Shown here: positions 28,559-37,777 of the stretch, piece after piece | Layout of the letters: every line of letters begins with the position of its first letter | How positions within the stretch are numbered: position 1 is the stretch's first letter | IMG/VR virus record: IMGVR_UViG_3300021387_000688 | Length of the DNA stretch: 64,000 nucleotides | From: a virus | Taxonomy: Duplodnaviria > Caudoviricetes | Reading direction: 5' to 3' (one strand) | Position numbers and translations under genes: made by a program | Notes under the pieces: model-generated | What the model was told of the DNA's origin: nothing | Database searches by the model: none | The model's input: only the letters and a program-made list of their open reading frames with translations

Positions 28559-29773
28559 ATGAAAATTAAATTATTATATTTACCTATTGTAGTTGAAAAT
28601 TACGAAGAGGATTTAAGATCTACTGCAAAGCAGCCAGGTGATGACTTGCGAAGTAGATTGAATAGTCTACGTATAGAAATGCCTTTTACTTATAAGGGGC
28701 ATGAAGGTTCTTTAATTTACGATAGGGGCCGTCCAGCCGAATTGCATAACAGCCTTGAGAAGCTATTTTACACTCTTAAGATAGATTCTCATTTTATTAA
28801 TTTACCTTCTTTGGTAAAACCGAAACGCCGTTTTGATAAAATGGTAGATGTAGAGGTTGATACAAGGGACACAATATGTTGTAGTGCAATATTTGCATTA
28901 GGAATTTGGTTAGACAGTCTTGGCTTATTACCTCTTGGCGATAAAATAGAAACAAATCATCCTAATGCACAAGGACTTCTTCCAAACGGTAAGGCACTTG
29001 CAATAAGTAAAAAGGGAGAAGAAATTTCTAAAATAACATTACCGGTAGATTCGAAAGATAGGTATTGGGGCGTTGAATTAATAGATTTCTTGCTAGAGGA
29101 TTCCCATTACAGAGCATTGGATTTAAGACAACATCCAGAACTCTTTCAACCAATTGCAGATTTCTTAAATAATTTTATAGTGGAAATAAATGAAAGAGAT
29201 TACAATAATTTAATTCCTAGAGAACTTTACGTTATAGATGACTACGATTTCAAAGAATACATTGAGTCTAAAGATTTCTTTGACTTGCAAGTATCTGATA
29301 CTGTATATGCAGATAGTAGAGATATAAGCGCTATAAAAAGGGATTATAAATCTCAAATAGACCGAATGGATAAATATAATTCGCACCGCAGTAAAAATAG
29401 AGAAGGTGTAGTTACGGCAGAGGAATTAATACACGACAATTTAGAAAGTATCGAAGATTATATAAGTTCTGCGTTTAGAAAGGATTTTGAGGAAAAATAT
29501 CAGGTATTGTTCAAAGGGGAAAACCCTGAAGATGCACTAGAAAACTTTTTCGGGGACAAAATTGTAAATACTATATTAAAAGTGGACTCCGATTTTTGGG
29601 AAGAGGCTGAAAAAGCTTTGCAAAAAGATTTAGACAAAAATCCTTATTCTGCAAAATTAGAGTATAGTGATAACATAAAAGATTACCTTAAGGTAGCTAA
29701 AAGGTTTAATCATCTTGTACAAGATACTTGGGATGATTTAATAGATGTATACTACGAGCAACAAAATGAATAG
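28559..29773 (+). CDS. Acidic hypothetical protein, paralogue family member 3
   Basis: YNNLIPRELYVIDDY; FWEEAEKALQKDL. Confidence 0.75.
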   Translation: MKIKLLYLPIVVENYEEDLRSTAKQPGDDLRSRLNSLRIEMPFTYKGHEGSLIYDRGRPAELHNSLEKLFYTLKIDSHFINLPSLVKPKRRFDKMVDVEVDTRDTICCSAIFALGIWLDSLGLLPLGDKIETNHPNAQGLLPNGKALAISKKGEEISKITLPVDSKDRYWGVELIDFLLEDSHYRALDLRQHPELFQPIADFLNNFIVEINERDYNNLIPRELYVIDDYDFKEYIESKDFFDLQVSDTVYADSRDISAIKRDYKSQIDRMDKYNSHRSKNREGVVTAEELIHDNLESIEDYISSAFRKDFEEKYQVLFKGENPEDALENFFGDKIVNTILKVDSDFWEEAEKALQKDLDKNPYSAKLEYSDNIKDYLKVAKRFNHLVQDTWDDLIDVYYEQQNE

Positions 29774-29794
29774 GGGATTATAAAAATGGGTAAT

Positions 29795-29822
29795 AAAAAA
29801 GGCTCCTTTTTAGGAGCCTTTT
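29795..29822. terminator. Bidirectional intrinsic terminator
   Basis: AAAAAAGGCTCCT-TTTT-AGGAGCCTTTT. Confidence 0.85.
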
Positions 29823-29839
29823 ATTTTACCTTAATTGAA

Positions 29840-30751
29840 TTACATGTCAAGATCAAGTGGATGAATATTGTTGTCCTTTACATAAGCTTCAATTTCTTCC
29901 TGAGTGTTAAACTCTTTAGTCAGTTTTGCACTGTTTAAGAGATATCTTGGTTCTCTTGTGATTCCCATATAATCTCTTCTTGAGAAAAGCCAGTTACGTG
30001 CATTCAACTTACGTTTTGCGGCTTTTGCATCAAATGCAGTTGTCCACCAGTAAGCTATTCTTCCATCATCGTAAGAAACCATTGTACCGAGATAATACTT
30101 TTTAGTTACACGAGCCACTGTATCTTCAAGAGGAGGAAGTGCAGGTTCTTCAAGAGCCTTCATATATTCTTTATTTTCTTTTGTCCACTTATTGATCTGC
30201 TGCTGATATCTTTTCAACTGCCAAGCGCGATCATACCATTCATGATTTTTATCTTCGCCGTTAATCCAACTTTCACGTTCAGCAATCTGTTTGTTGTTTT
30301 CTTCGATCCAATCCCCGAGTTTTGCAATGGCTTCATCGAAGATACCTTCCCAATCAGTTTTTGGAAAATATTCTTTGAAAGCTGCAATAATTGTGTCGGC
30401 AAGTTCTGCTCTTGTAACACCTTCTTTGAAATGATTTTCTCCAGAATTGAATCTTGTTACAGTCCAAGTTGGACCCTGATAAATTTTATTGTTTTCATCA
30501 TCGATCCAAATTTCTACACCATCTCCTGATCCGTAGTAAGTACGAATCCAGATATTGTCGTCCTGCACTTCTGCATAAGGATAAGTTGAATCATAAGTAC
30601 TGCAAGCATAAAAAGCCGGTGTACGATAAACTTTCTTATCCTTTTTATGACCGCAACGAATTGGGAAATGTTTAGCTGTAAGTTCACGAGCAAGGTCGCT
30701 CTTAAACTTCCAATAAGGGTCTTCTGGGAATTGATATTTTGGTTTAGCCAT
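29840..30751 (-). CDS. Hypothetical early protein
   Basis: 303 aa; promoter 30785-30803 and AGGTACAA leader. Confidence 0.75.
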   Translation of the reverse strand: MAKPKYQFPEDPYWKFKSDLARELTAKHFPIRCGHKKDKKVYRTPAFYACSTYDSTYPYAEVQDDNIWIRTYYGSGDGVEIWIDDENNKIYQGPTWTVTRFNSGENHFKEGVTRAELADTIIAAFKEYFPKTDWEGIFDEAIAKLGDWIEENNKQIAERESWINGEDKNHEWYDRAWQLKRYQQQINKWTKENKEYMKALEEPALPPLEDTVARVTKKYYLGTMVSYDDGRIAYWWTTAFDAKAAKRKLNARNWLFSRRDYMGITREPRYLLNSAKLTKEFNTQEEIEAYVKDNNIHPLDLDM

Positions 30752-30815
30752 TTATTTGTACCTTCCGTAATTTAATTTACAATAATAATATAGCTAAACC
30801 CGGAAAGGACTTTTT

Positions 30816-31289
30816 CTAAAATCCATGAATATCTATAGCATATTCTGTAAAAGGTCTTCTATTATTACCTTCTGCTTTCTTTTCACAAGCACTACAAACA
30901 AGGTAATCACAAGTACCCACATTCGACCACATTCTTCTTAATTCATAATGAGAATGGAATATTTCCCCTTGGTATCCAAAATTCTTGAAATTAAAAAATT
31001 GAAGCGGATGTTGCTCTCTTTCGTGTTTTTCAACCCACTTGTTTAAAGTCTCAACATCTTCCTTAGTTAATTTGATGCCATCATCTACAGTAAAAGTTAC
31101 AGAAGGCTTAGCATTCTCATAATCCGATTTCAATACCCCTTCTTTTTCCTTTTGAAGATCGTCTAACTTCTTTTTACAGCTTTCAATGAATTCCTTATCC
31201 TCTTCAATTTCTGATTCGGCGTCGGCAATATCACTACGGATTCTATGTTCCTTTTCACTGTAGTATTTTTCAATTAATTGGGCATCCAT
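30816..31289 (-). CDS. Hypothetical protein (coiled coil + CxxC)
   Basis: Start revised to ATG 31289 overlapping upstream stop. Confidence 0.65.
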   Translation of the reverse strand: MDAQLIEKYYSEKEHRIRSDIADAESEIEEDKEFIESCKKKLDDLQKEKEGVLKSDYENAKPSVTFTVDDGIKLTKEDVETLNKWVEKHEREQHPLQFFNFKNFGYQGEIFHSHYELRRMWSNVGTCDYLVCSACEKKAEGNNRRPFTEYAIDIHGF

Positions 31290-31612
31290 TACTTTGTCCT
31301 CGCTGCTAATTCCTTCTTGTAATGATCCATAGGTACACCGTAAACTACATAACAATCATCTTTATTCAATGTTTCCGGTCCCTTATATTTCTTAATCATC
31401 TTTCCATAAGTCTTAAGACCGAAATGGAACTTAGGTACATCTTCTTCACCTACCAATTCTACCAACTTATCCAAAACCTCTTCCGCTTTAGAATTTTTAG
31501 TAGTATTGGTTTCAATGTAGAAACCTGCGCCTGGAAGGTCAACCCAATTGTTAGTATAACCTACACAATCAAACTTTTCAATCTCCGAAAAAATAGTTGG
31601 ATAACTCTTCAT
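31289..31612 (-). CDS. Hypothetical protein
   Basis: 107 aa, SD AAGGAG. Confidence 0.7.
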   Translation of the reverse strand: MKSYPTIFSEIEKFDCVGYTNNWVDLPGAGFYIETNTTKNSKAEEVLDKLVELVGEEDVPKFHFGLKTYGKMIKKYKGPETLNKDDCYVVYGVPMDHYKKELAARTK

Positions 31613-31622
31613 AATCTACTCC

Positions 31623-31919
31623 TTAAACTTGGCCATCCCACCACCCCATTTTAGAATCCTTTCGATGGCATGCACCAGCAGGCAATTCTCTGCCGAGTTT
31701 TCTTAATCCATTACAATATAGAATTTGATCATAAACTACTTGCATTGCAGTCTTACGATCTTTGGCCTTAGATAATCTTTTCATCATAACTCCTGTGCAA
31801 GGATCTCTAAACAAACCTTCCTTTTTAAGAAGATCTATTAAATCTCTAAAGAAATGTTTATCGTTAACATGAGCTTCTAATACTTTGCCTAACTTCTCTT
31901 CTTGCGGGGTTATCTTCAA
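31623..31919 (-). CDS. Hypothetical protein
   Basis: 98 aa, TTG start, SD present. Confidence 0.6.
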   Translation of the reverse strand: MKITPQEEKLGKVLEAHVNDKHFFRDLIDLLKKEGLFRDPCTGVMMKRLSKAKDRKTAMQVVYDQILYCNGLRKLGRELPAGACHRKDSKMGWWDGQV

Positions 31920-31981
31920 ATTACCTACTCCTTCTATTAAAGTATAGCCTTTTAAGATTGTGAAAATAACTAAATATAAAT

Positions 31982-32692
31982 ATGATTATACCAGAGAATA
32001 ATAACGACTTTACGGACTTCAAGCAGATATGGCCAAACTATGTCTATACAGAAGCTATTCCTACAAACCCTCCTGCTTTAGCAGATGCGGCTTCTGTTAC
32101 CAGATATGAAAACCCAGACGGCACTGTATATTCTGTTTATGTATTTAATAAAAAATACGATATGGATGATGTAGAATTACCTCATTTGGTTTATGTAAAT
32201 AACATTCAATTAATAAAAGAGTTTAGGCAGTTAAATATCTGGAAGTTAAATTATAAAGGAAATGAAGATTCTTTACGTAGAGTAATATTCCCTGGCACTA
32301 CTACACATAGAGATTATACCCCTGTGTTTACTTACCAAGGTAGGTACATACCTTATACGAGCTTGGCACCAAAATTCAATTTGCAAGATTGCAATGTAGA
32401 AGTTCATTTGGATTTAGATGAACTTCATTTTTCAGGCTGGTTGTATGTAGGTAAAAGTTTACAAGACGTATTAGTTAAAGCAGAGTTACCTTTTGATGAC
32501 GAACTTTGGCTTATACAAGATAAAGAGAATGGTAATAGAGCTAGGTTTAATGTAACTGAAGAAAAGGTTTATGAGTTGCCTCCGGACAATCCAACTCATA
32601 TTCCAGATAATAAAGATATGGTTGTTACTACCAATACATTTAACTTTGTATTAAATGAAATTGGTAATGCAGATGAAGGAGAGTACTGGTAA
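31982..32692 (+). CDS. Putative virion structural protein
   Basis: Late-type promoter; C-terminal ADEGEYW like the tail-fibre-like pair; coupled to gp25-like gene. Confidence 0.5.
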   Translation: MIIPENNNDFTDFKQIWPNYVYTEAIPTNPPALADAASVTRYENPDGTVYSVYVFNKKYDMDDVELPHLVYVNNIQLIKEFRQLNIWKLNYKGNEDSLRRVIFPGTTTHRDYTPVFTYQGRYIPYTSLAPKFNLQDCNVEVHLDLDELHFSGWLYVGKSLQDVLVKAELPFDDELWLIQDKENGNRARFNVTEEKVYELPPDNPTHIPDNKDMVVTTNTFNFVLNEIGNADEGEYW

Positions 32693-33177
32693 TGATCGGA
32701 ATTAATGGTATAGATAGACACGCACAAGTTGTAAACAATATTTTAGTAAAAAAAGCAGAAAGGGTAGAAAAAACAGATACAGATATTTTTACTCAAGATA
32801 TGCAAGTAGATAACTATTCTGATGCATTGATGAATACTGTTAAGCTTTGGTTGTTGTCTTCTAAGTGGGATAGAATTAGAAAACCTAATTGGGCAGGTTT
32901 CTTTGATGGAAGATTGGAAAAATATCCTATGAATGAAGAAGGTGCTCAACAAGCTACTGAAGATTTAATTAAAGCTTTCAAAGGTAAAATAGAAGGCGTA
33001 GAATTGACTGACATTCATATGAAACCTAAACTAGTAGAAAGGGGTTGGGAAGTAGCTGTTTCTGCAATTGACACAGAAACTGGCATTTATGCAGATTATA
33101 AGAAATCCCCTAATCCATTTATCTTAGTACAGAAAGATCCTAATTTGGAAGTAACTTCTGTTAACACTATAGAATAA
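32692..33177 (+). CDS. gp25-like baseplate wedge/sheath initiator
   Basis: ALMNTVKLWLLSSKWDRIRKPNWAG resembles gp25 I..IL.T..GER...P.FG; 161 aa. Confidence 0.55.
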   Translation: MIGINGIDRHAQVVNNILVKKAERVEKTDTDIFTQDMQVDNYSDALMNTVKLWLLSSKWDRIRKPNWAGFFDGRLEKYPMNEEGAQQATEDLIKAFKGKIEGVELTDIHMKPKLVERGWEVAVSAIDTETGIYADYKKSPNPFILVQKDPNLEVTSVNTIE

Positions 33178-33205
33178 CCTTCTATAATATTAAAAGGTAA
33201 ACGAG

Positions 33206-33433
33206 ATGGATTACATAGGTAATTTAATTAAAGCCCAAAAGTTATTAATCGCTAAAATCAAAGAGATGGCTGAACGTGATAGTGAAACATACTATTACGA
33301 AAAATATGAAACAGCCAACACCGAAAACCTTGAACTTAAAGAAAAACTCGCCAATTCTGAATTTAAGATTACTCAATTAGAAAAAGAATTGGCTAACAAA
33401 AATACCCTTATACAACAACTCTCCTCAAAATAG
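33206..33433 (+). CDS. Small coiled-coil protein
   Basis: 75 aa heptad pattern; TATAAT upstream. Confidence 0.6.
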   Translation: MDYIGNLIKAQKLLIAKIKEMAERDSETYYYEKYETANTENLELKEKLANSEFKITQLEKELANKNTLIQQLSSK

Positions 33434-33438
33434 CAAAG

Positions 33439-33466
33439 TTGCAAAATCCAGAACAACATCTATAAT
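33439..33466 (+). promoter_or_regulatory. Sigma70-like promoter giving leaderless mRNA
   Basis: TTGCAA-16 nt-TATAAT, 6 nt before ATG 33473. Confidence 0.65.
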
Positions 33467-33472
33467 GATATT

Positions 33473-35527
33473 ATGAACTTTAGATTAGACAGCTTGGAAC
33501 TCTATGACTTTATGGGTTTCAAAGAGAAGAGGATAGATTTCTCCAAGTTAACGTTGTTGGTTGGCGAGAACGGAACTGGAAAGTCTGCTATCTTGGAAGC
33601 CTTAGCTCTTTCATTCCAGATCAAAGAAAGAGGAAATGCGGTAAACAATTATATCAGGCAAGGATGTAAAAAAGCTACTGTTATTTTACATGCAACTTGG
33701 ATGGACAAACCTTTAGAGATTGAATCTGTATTTGCCGCAACCGGTAGAAAGATTACCCGTACATTAAAGTATGAAGGTAACGTTTACGAAAACATGATGG
33801 CCAACAATTTCTTGACAGAGTATTTTGATTCAAGAAACCTTACTATTTCTTTTGCATTACAAGGTAACGATAAATTCTTATCTGCATCTAAAATGCAAAA
33901 CCTTAAAAACCTCACAGACCTTTTACAGATTGATTTTAATGATGAAGTAGAACTTGTAAAAGCAAGACTTAGAACAGTTACAACTGATAAAGATGAAGCT
34001 TTGACTAAGCTCCATAAACATACCGGTGCAAAATCCGCAGTAGAAGAATCTATTAAAGATTGTATAAGTAAGATTGAATATAACGAAAGGCAACTTACAC
34101 AATACCAAGAAGTAGAAGATTACTCAGTTGTAGAAAATGAAGTTTTGAAATTAAAATCAGAACTTAATGAACTTCTTAAAGCAAAAGACGAAGTTTCTAA
34201 AAAGCAAATAAAATACAAAGAATGTAACGATATATTGCTTAAGGATAGAAACACTTTACAGTCTTATAAAACTCAATTGGATAATTTACCGCAATTGGGA
34301 GAAGTTCAAGATGTAAATCCTTGGAAAGAAAAAGTAGCTTCCCAATCAAAGAATTTGGATGAAAGTAGAATTGCTTACAATCAAATGATTGGCAGTCAAA
34401 GCGAATTAAAAGCAAATATCAAATCTGAAAAAGAAAGATTAGATAAGATTGCAAACGGACTTTGCCCTACTTGTCATCAGCCAGTAGAGGCTCATATACT
34501 TGAAGCATCGGACCATACTATTCAAGAATTCCAAACCAAGTTGGCAGAGATTGAAAAGAGTATGGAAAATCAAACTGCCACTATTTCTCAAATCAAAACT
34601 GAAATAGAATCTCTTACAAAGCAAATCAGTTCTACAGAATTAAACAACAATAACATTTCTCATAACGCTCAGGTTAAGAAGATGTTGGAAGACTCTATAA
34701 ACAATTTGAATAAGAAAATTGTAGAAGAAGAGCAGCGCAAAAACGAATTGGAACAAGAATTGGGTACATTCTCCGAAGATGAAAAAGTAACTCAGTTGAG
34801 GGAATCTATTGCAAAGAAAGAAGAATTTGTAAGAGAAGCTAAAAAGAAAATTGAAGTAAAGGCCCAATGCAAAGCTAATATTCAAAGTTATAAAAACGTT
34901 TTGGATAATTTGCAAATGCAGAAAACTGAAAGCGAACAGCAGATTGAACTTTGCGAATTGGCCATCAGTAAAGATGAAAAAGAGATTGCAAAATTAAATC
35001 GTAAACAAGATATCTTTACATGTTTACCTAAAATCCATTTACAGGAAGTATTGAGTGGCATTCAATTTGTCATGAATGAATTGGTATCTCATTTCGGATT
35101 TAAGGGTCTTAGAATTGAATGTGATGACAAGGGTATAGATTTCTATTTGGTTAAGTGGTCTAAAAAAGATGATGGCACTCATTATGAAATTCCTTACTTC
35201 ATGTGTTCCGCTTTCCAGAAGAACCTTATCAACATTTCATTAATCGTTGCAATGAGTAAATTCTTTGACTTGCCATTTATTTGTGCAGATGAGATTGATA
35301 GTAGTGCATCTGTATCTAGTGAAAGAAAGTTAGGTATTGTAATCTCAGAAGCATTGAACAGTTGCCCTATGGTAACAATTTCTCACTCGGAGGGGTTGGT
35401 GACTGAATTGATTCAAAAAGGGCAAGACGTTTCTATAGTTAAATTAACAGAAGTTTTAGGAGATAGTATGCATGCACCTGATAATGAGAATTTAGAGGAG
35501 GAAGATCTTGAAGAATCTTTTGAATAA
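33473..35527 (+). CDS. Rad50/SbcC/gp46-like ABC ATPase
   Basis: Walker A GENGTGKS, Q-loop, coiled coils with CPTC zinc hook, Walker B ICADE, H-loop ISHS. Confidence 0.9.
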   Translation: MNFRLDSLELYDFMGFKEKRIDFSKLTLLVGENGTGKSAILEALALSFQIKERGNAVNNYIRQGCKKATVILHATWMDKPLEIESVFAATGRKITRTLKYEGNVYENMMANNFLTEYFDSRNLTISFALQGNDKFLSASKMQNLKNLTDLLQIDFNDEVELVKARLRTVTTDKDEALTKLHKHTGAKSAVEESIKDCISKIEYNERQLTQYQEVEDYSVVENEVLKLKSELNELLKAKDEVSKKQIKYKECNDILLKDRNTLQSYKTQLDNLPQLGEVQDVNPWKEKVASQSKNLDESRIAYNQMIGSQSELKANIKSEKERLDKIANGLCPTCHQPVEAHILEASDHTIQEFQTKLAEIEKSMENQTATISQIKTEIESLTKQISSTELNNNNISHNAQVKKMLEDSINNLNKKIVEEEQRKNELEQELGTFSEDEKVTQLRESIAKKEEFVREAKKKIEVKAQCKANIQSYKNVLDNLQMQKTESEQQIELCELAISKDEKEIAKLNRKQDIFTCLPKIHLQEVLSGIQFVMNELVSHFGFKGLRIECDDKGIDFYLVKWSKKDDGTHYEIPYFMCSAFQKNLINISLIVAMSKFFDLPFICADEIDSSASVSSERKLGIVISEALNSCPMVTISHSEGLVTELIQKGQDVSIVKLTEVLGDSMHAPDNENLEEEDLEESFE

Positions 35528-35804
35528 AATATCAGATTTAAGCAGAACTTCCTTGCAGGATGTTAAGAAGTTCTTAAACATATGTAGACTCACAACATTA
35601 ATGGGCTACATAGAGAATTTGGATGAAGAGGGGAACTCTTTTATTGAGATTCCTTCTTTCGGGAAAATAAAGGTTTCAAGTGAAATGGATTTTGAGTTTA
35701 TTCCTACTACAGAATTGAAGAAGGAAGTATTCTCAATTAAACAGAATCCTAATACATTCTTGAAAAATGAATTGAGAAAAGTATTTCAGATAGAGGATAA
35801 GTAA
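35508..35804 (+). CDS. Possible HU/IHF-like DNA-binding protein with short arms
   Basis: IEIPSFGKIKV...FIPTTELKKEV; TTG start with GAGGAGG. Confidence 0.45.
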   Translation: MKNLLNKISDLSRTSLQDVKKFLNICRLTTLMGYIENLDEEGNSFIEIPSFGKIKVSSEMDFEFIPTTELKKEVFSIKQNPNTFLKNELRKVFQIEDK

Positions 35805-35806
35805 GT

Positions 35807-37465
35807 ATGAACAAAGTTATGGATTGGCACGGTACTGAAGTACGTAAACAGATTTTAACAGGATATGAAATCTTGTATAAAATGGTAAGTGTTACGTTAG
35901 GACCTAACGGCCGCAATGTAATTATTGATGATGGAGGAGTTAGACCTCTTATTACAAAGGATGGGGTTACGGTAGCAAATCATGTAGACTCAAATGAACC
36001 TTTGTACAAGATTGGTATTTCTCTTGGAAAGGAAATTGCAGATAAGGTAGATGCAACCGCAGGTGATGGTACAACAACGTCTACAATTATCGGTTTCAAT
36101 TTGATGAAGTCCTTAAACAGTTTAGTGGACTTAGGATTGGATGTTAATGATATCCGTTCAGGTTTGAATAGAGCCATTCAGGACTCTGTTGATTTGTTAG
36201 TTAAGTTGTCTAAACCAATGCCAGATGTTAGAACAATTGCAGCAGTTGCATCTAACGGCAATGAAGAAATCATGGACTTATGTGAAGAAGCATATAGTTC
36301 TATTGGAGAAAACGGATCAGTTGTTTTAGCAGATTCTTATAGCAAAACTGGTAAATCATATGTAGAGGTTTCAAAAGGTATTAGATGGGAAGGTGGTATT
36401 CCTAGTGATTTGTTTGTAACAGATCCAATTTCAAATACAACAACTGTATCAGATCCTTACGTATTAGTTTTCGCTTCTGGTGTAGCTAAACTTGATGAAC
36501 TTACACCTTATATAGAAATTGCAAAGAACAATAACAGACCGCTTGTATTGATTGCTCCTTATTTTGAGCCAGAACTTTTCTCTCAAGCTTCTAGTAAGGG
36601 AGTATTGCTCCTTTCTTCTCCAGGAACATCTTTCAGCCACGTAGACTTGCATGAAGCATTAATGGATTTGGCGATTACATTAGGAACAAAAGTTATTCCA
36701 GATACTGCATCTGCACTTAACGTAATTGAAGATATTAAGGACGCAGGAAAAGCAGCTTTGATTACAGCTTCAATTGAAGAGACAAAAGTAACTCAGTACG
36801 AAGAACTTGAACCAGAACATGCAAAGATGTATAAAGAATACATTGATAAACTTAAGGCACAGATTGACGATGACGATGCACTTTCTATTAGCCGTACAGA
36901 ACAGTTGAAAGACAGATTGGCTAGATTGAGTGGAGGTATTGCAACAATTCATGTTGGTGCTTTAACACCTACCGAAAAAGAAGAAAAAGTAGCATTGATT
37001 GTAGATGCTCAACACTCTATTAGATCTGCAATGAAGTATGGTGTATTGCCAGGCGGTGGTACAGCATTGTTAAAAGTTTCGCAGACACTTTCAGATGATA
37101 TTTCAAATAAAACATTTAAATCAGAATCTGAAAAACGTGCATATAAAGCAGTACTTGATGTAATGAGAGTACCAGCTAAGATGCTTGTAGCTTCTCTTAA
37201 GCCAGAAGATTATCAGTATATTGTACAGCAAGTTGCTCATGAAAAGAACTTTACTACAGGTTACAATGTACGCACAGGTGAAGTAGAAGATTTGTTCAAA
37301 TCTGGTATTGTAGATTCAGCCGCAATTGAAATTAATGCTTTGAAGTATTCTAATTCGGTAATTGGATCATTCATCTTATCTAATGGTGTTATCTATAATG
37401 GAGATAGAAATATGAGCTACGATATGAACGATCGTAGAGCAGCGGAGGCAGGTTATGGCAGATAA
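35807..37465 (+). CDS. groEL: Phage GroEL-like chaperonin
   Basis: TLGPNGRNV, ITKDGVTVA, AGDGTTT, RLARLSGGIA, GVLPGGG; no GGM tail. Confidence 0.93.
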   Translation: MNKVMDWHGTEVRKQILTGYEILYKMVSVTLGPNGRNVIIDDGGVRPLITKDGVTVANHVDSNEPLYKIGISLGKEIADKVDATAGDGTTTSTIIGFNLMKSLNSLVDLGLDVNDIRSGLNRAIQDSVDLLVKLSKPMPDVRTIAAVASNGNEEIMDLCEEAYSSIGENGSVVLADSYSKTGKSYVEVSKGIRWEGGIPSDLFVTDPISNTTTVSDPYVLVFASGVAKLDELTPYIEIAKNNNRPLVLIAPYFEPELFSQASSKGVLLLSSPGTSFSHVDLHEALMDLAITLGTKVIPDTASALNVIEDIKDAGKAALITASIEETKVTQYEELEPEHAKMYKEYIDKLKAQIDDDDALSISRTEQLKDRLARLSGGIATIHVGALTPTEKEEKVALIVDAQHSIRSAMKYGVLPGGGTALLKVSQTLSDDISNKTFKSESEKRAYKAVLDVMRVPAKMLVASLKPEDYQYIVQQVAHEKNFTTGYNVRTGEVEDLFKSGIVDSAAIEINALKYSNSVIGSFILSNGVIYNGDRNMSYDMNDRRAAEAGYGR

Positions 37466-37721
37466 TGAAGAAGTTTTAGTACAAGGTACATTATCAAGTA
37501 GAGTACCTGGCTTTTGCGTACACCCTACTTGGTTTATTTCTGGTATAGAAAAAAGAGTTAAGATTGGTTCTAAGTCATTCAATTATATAGATTATTTGGA
37601 GGCTTGGGAACACCACGATTGTGGAACTCATAGAGGTTGGTTAGCATTAGCTAAGATAACAGACAAGATTAAAGAAGCATTTGCAGAAATAGAAGCTGCA
37701 GGTTATACAGTAAAAAGATAG
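37455..37721 (+). CDS. Hypothetical protein
   Basis: 88 aa overlapping chaperonin stop, SD GGAGG. Confidence 0.65.
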   Translation: MADNEEVLVQGTLSSRVPGFCVHPTWFISGIEKRVKIGSKSFNYIDYLEAWEHHDCGTHRGWLALAKITDKIKEAFAEIEAAGYTVKR

Positions 37722-37730
37722 TAGTCATTG

Positions 37731-37763
37731 ACCTATACTGTTGTAAAAGACAGTATAGGTTTT
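37731..37763 (+). terminator. Hairpin/terminator between chaperonin operon and primase
   Basis: ACCTATACTGT-8 nt-ACAGTATAGGT-TTT. Confidence 0.65.
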
Positions 37764-37777
37764 AAGGAGAAACATGT

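Noticed and set aside
37455-37721. GroES co-chaperonin
   Set aside because: No PLxDRV, mobile-loop GGI or GDxV pattern
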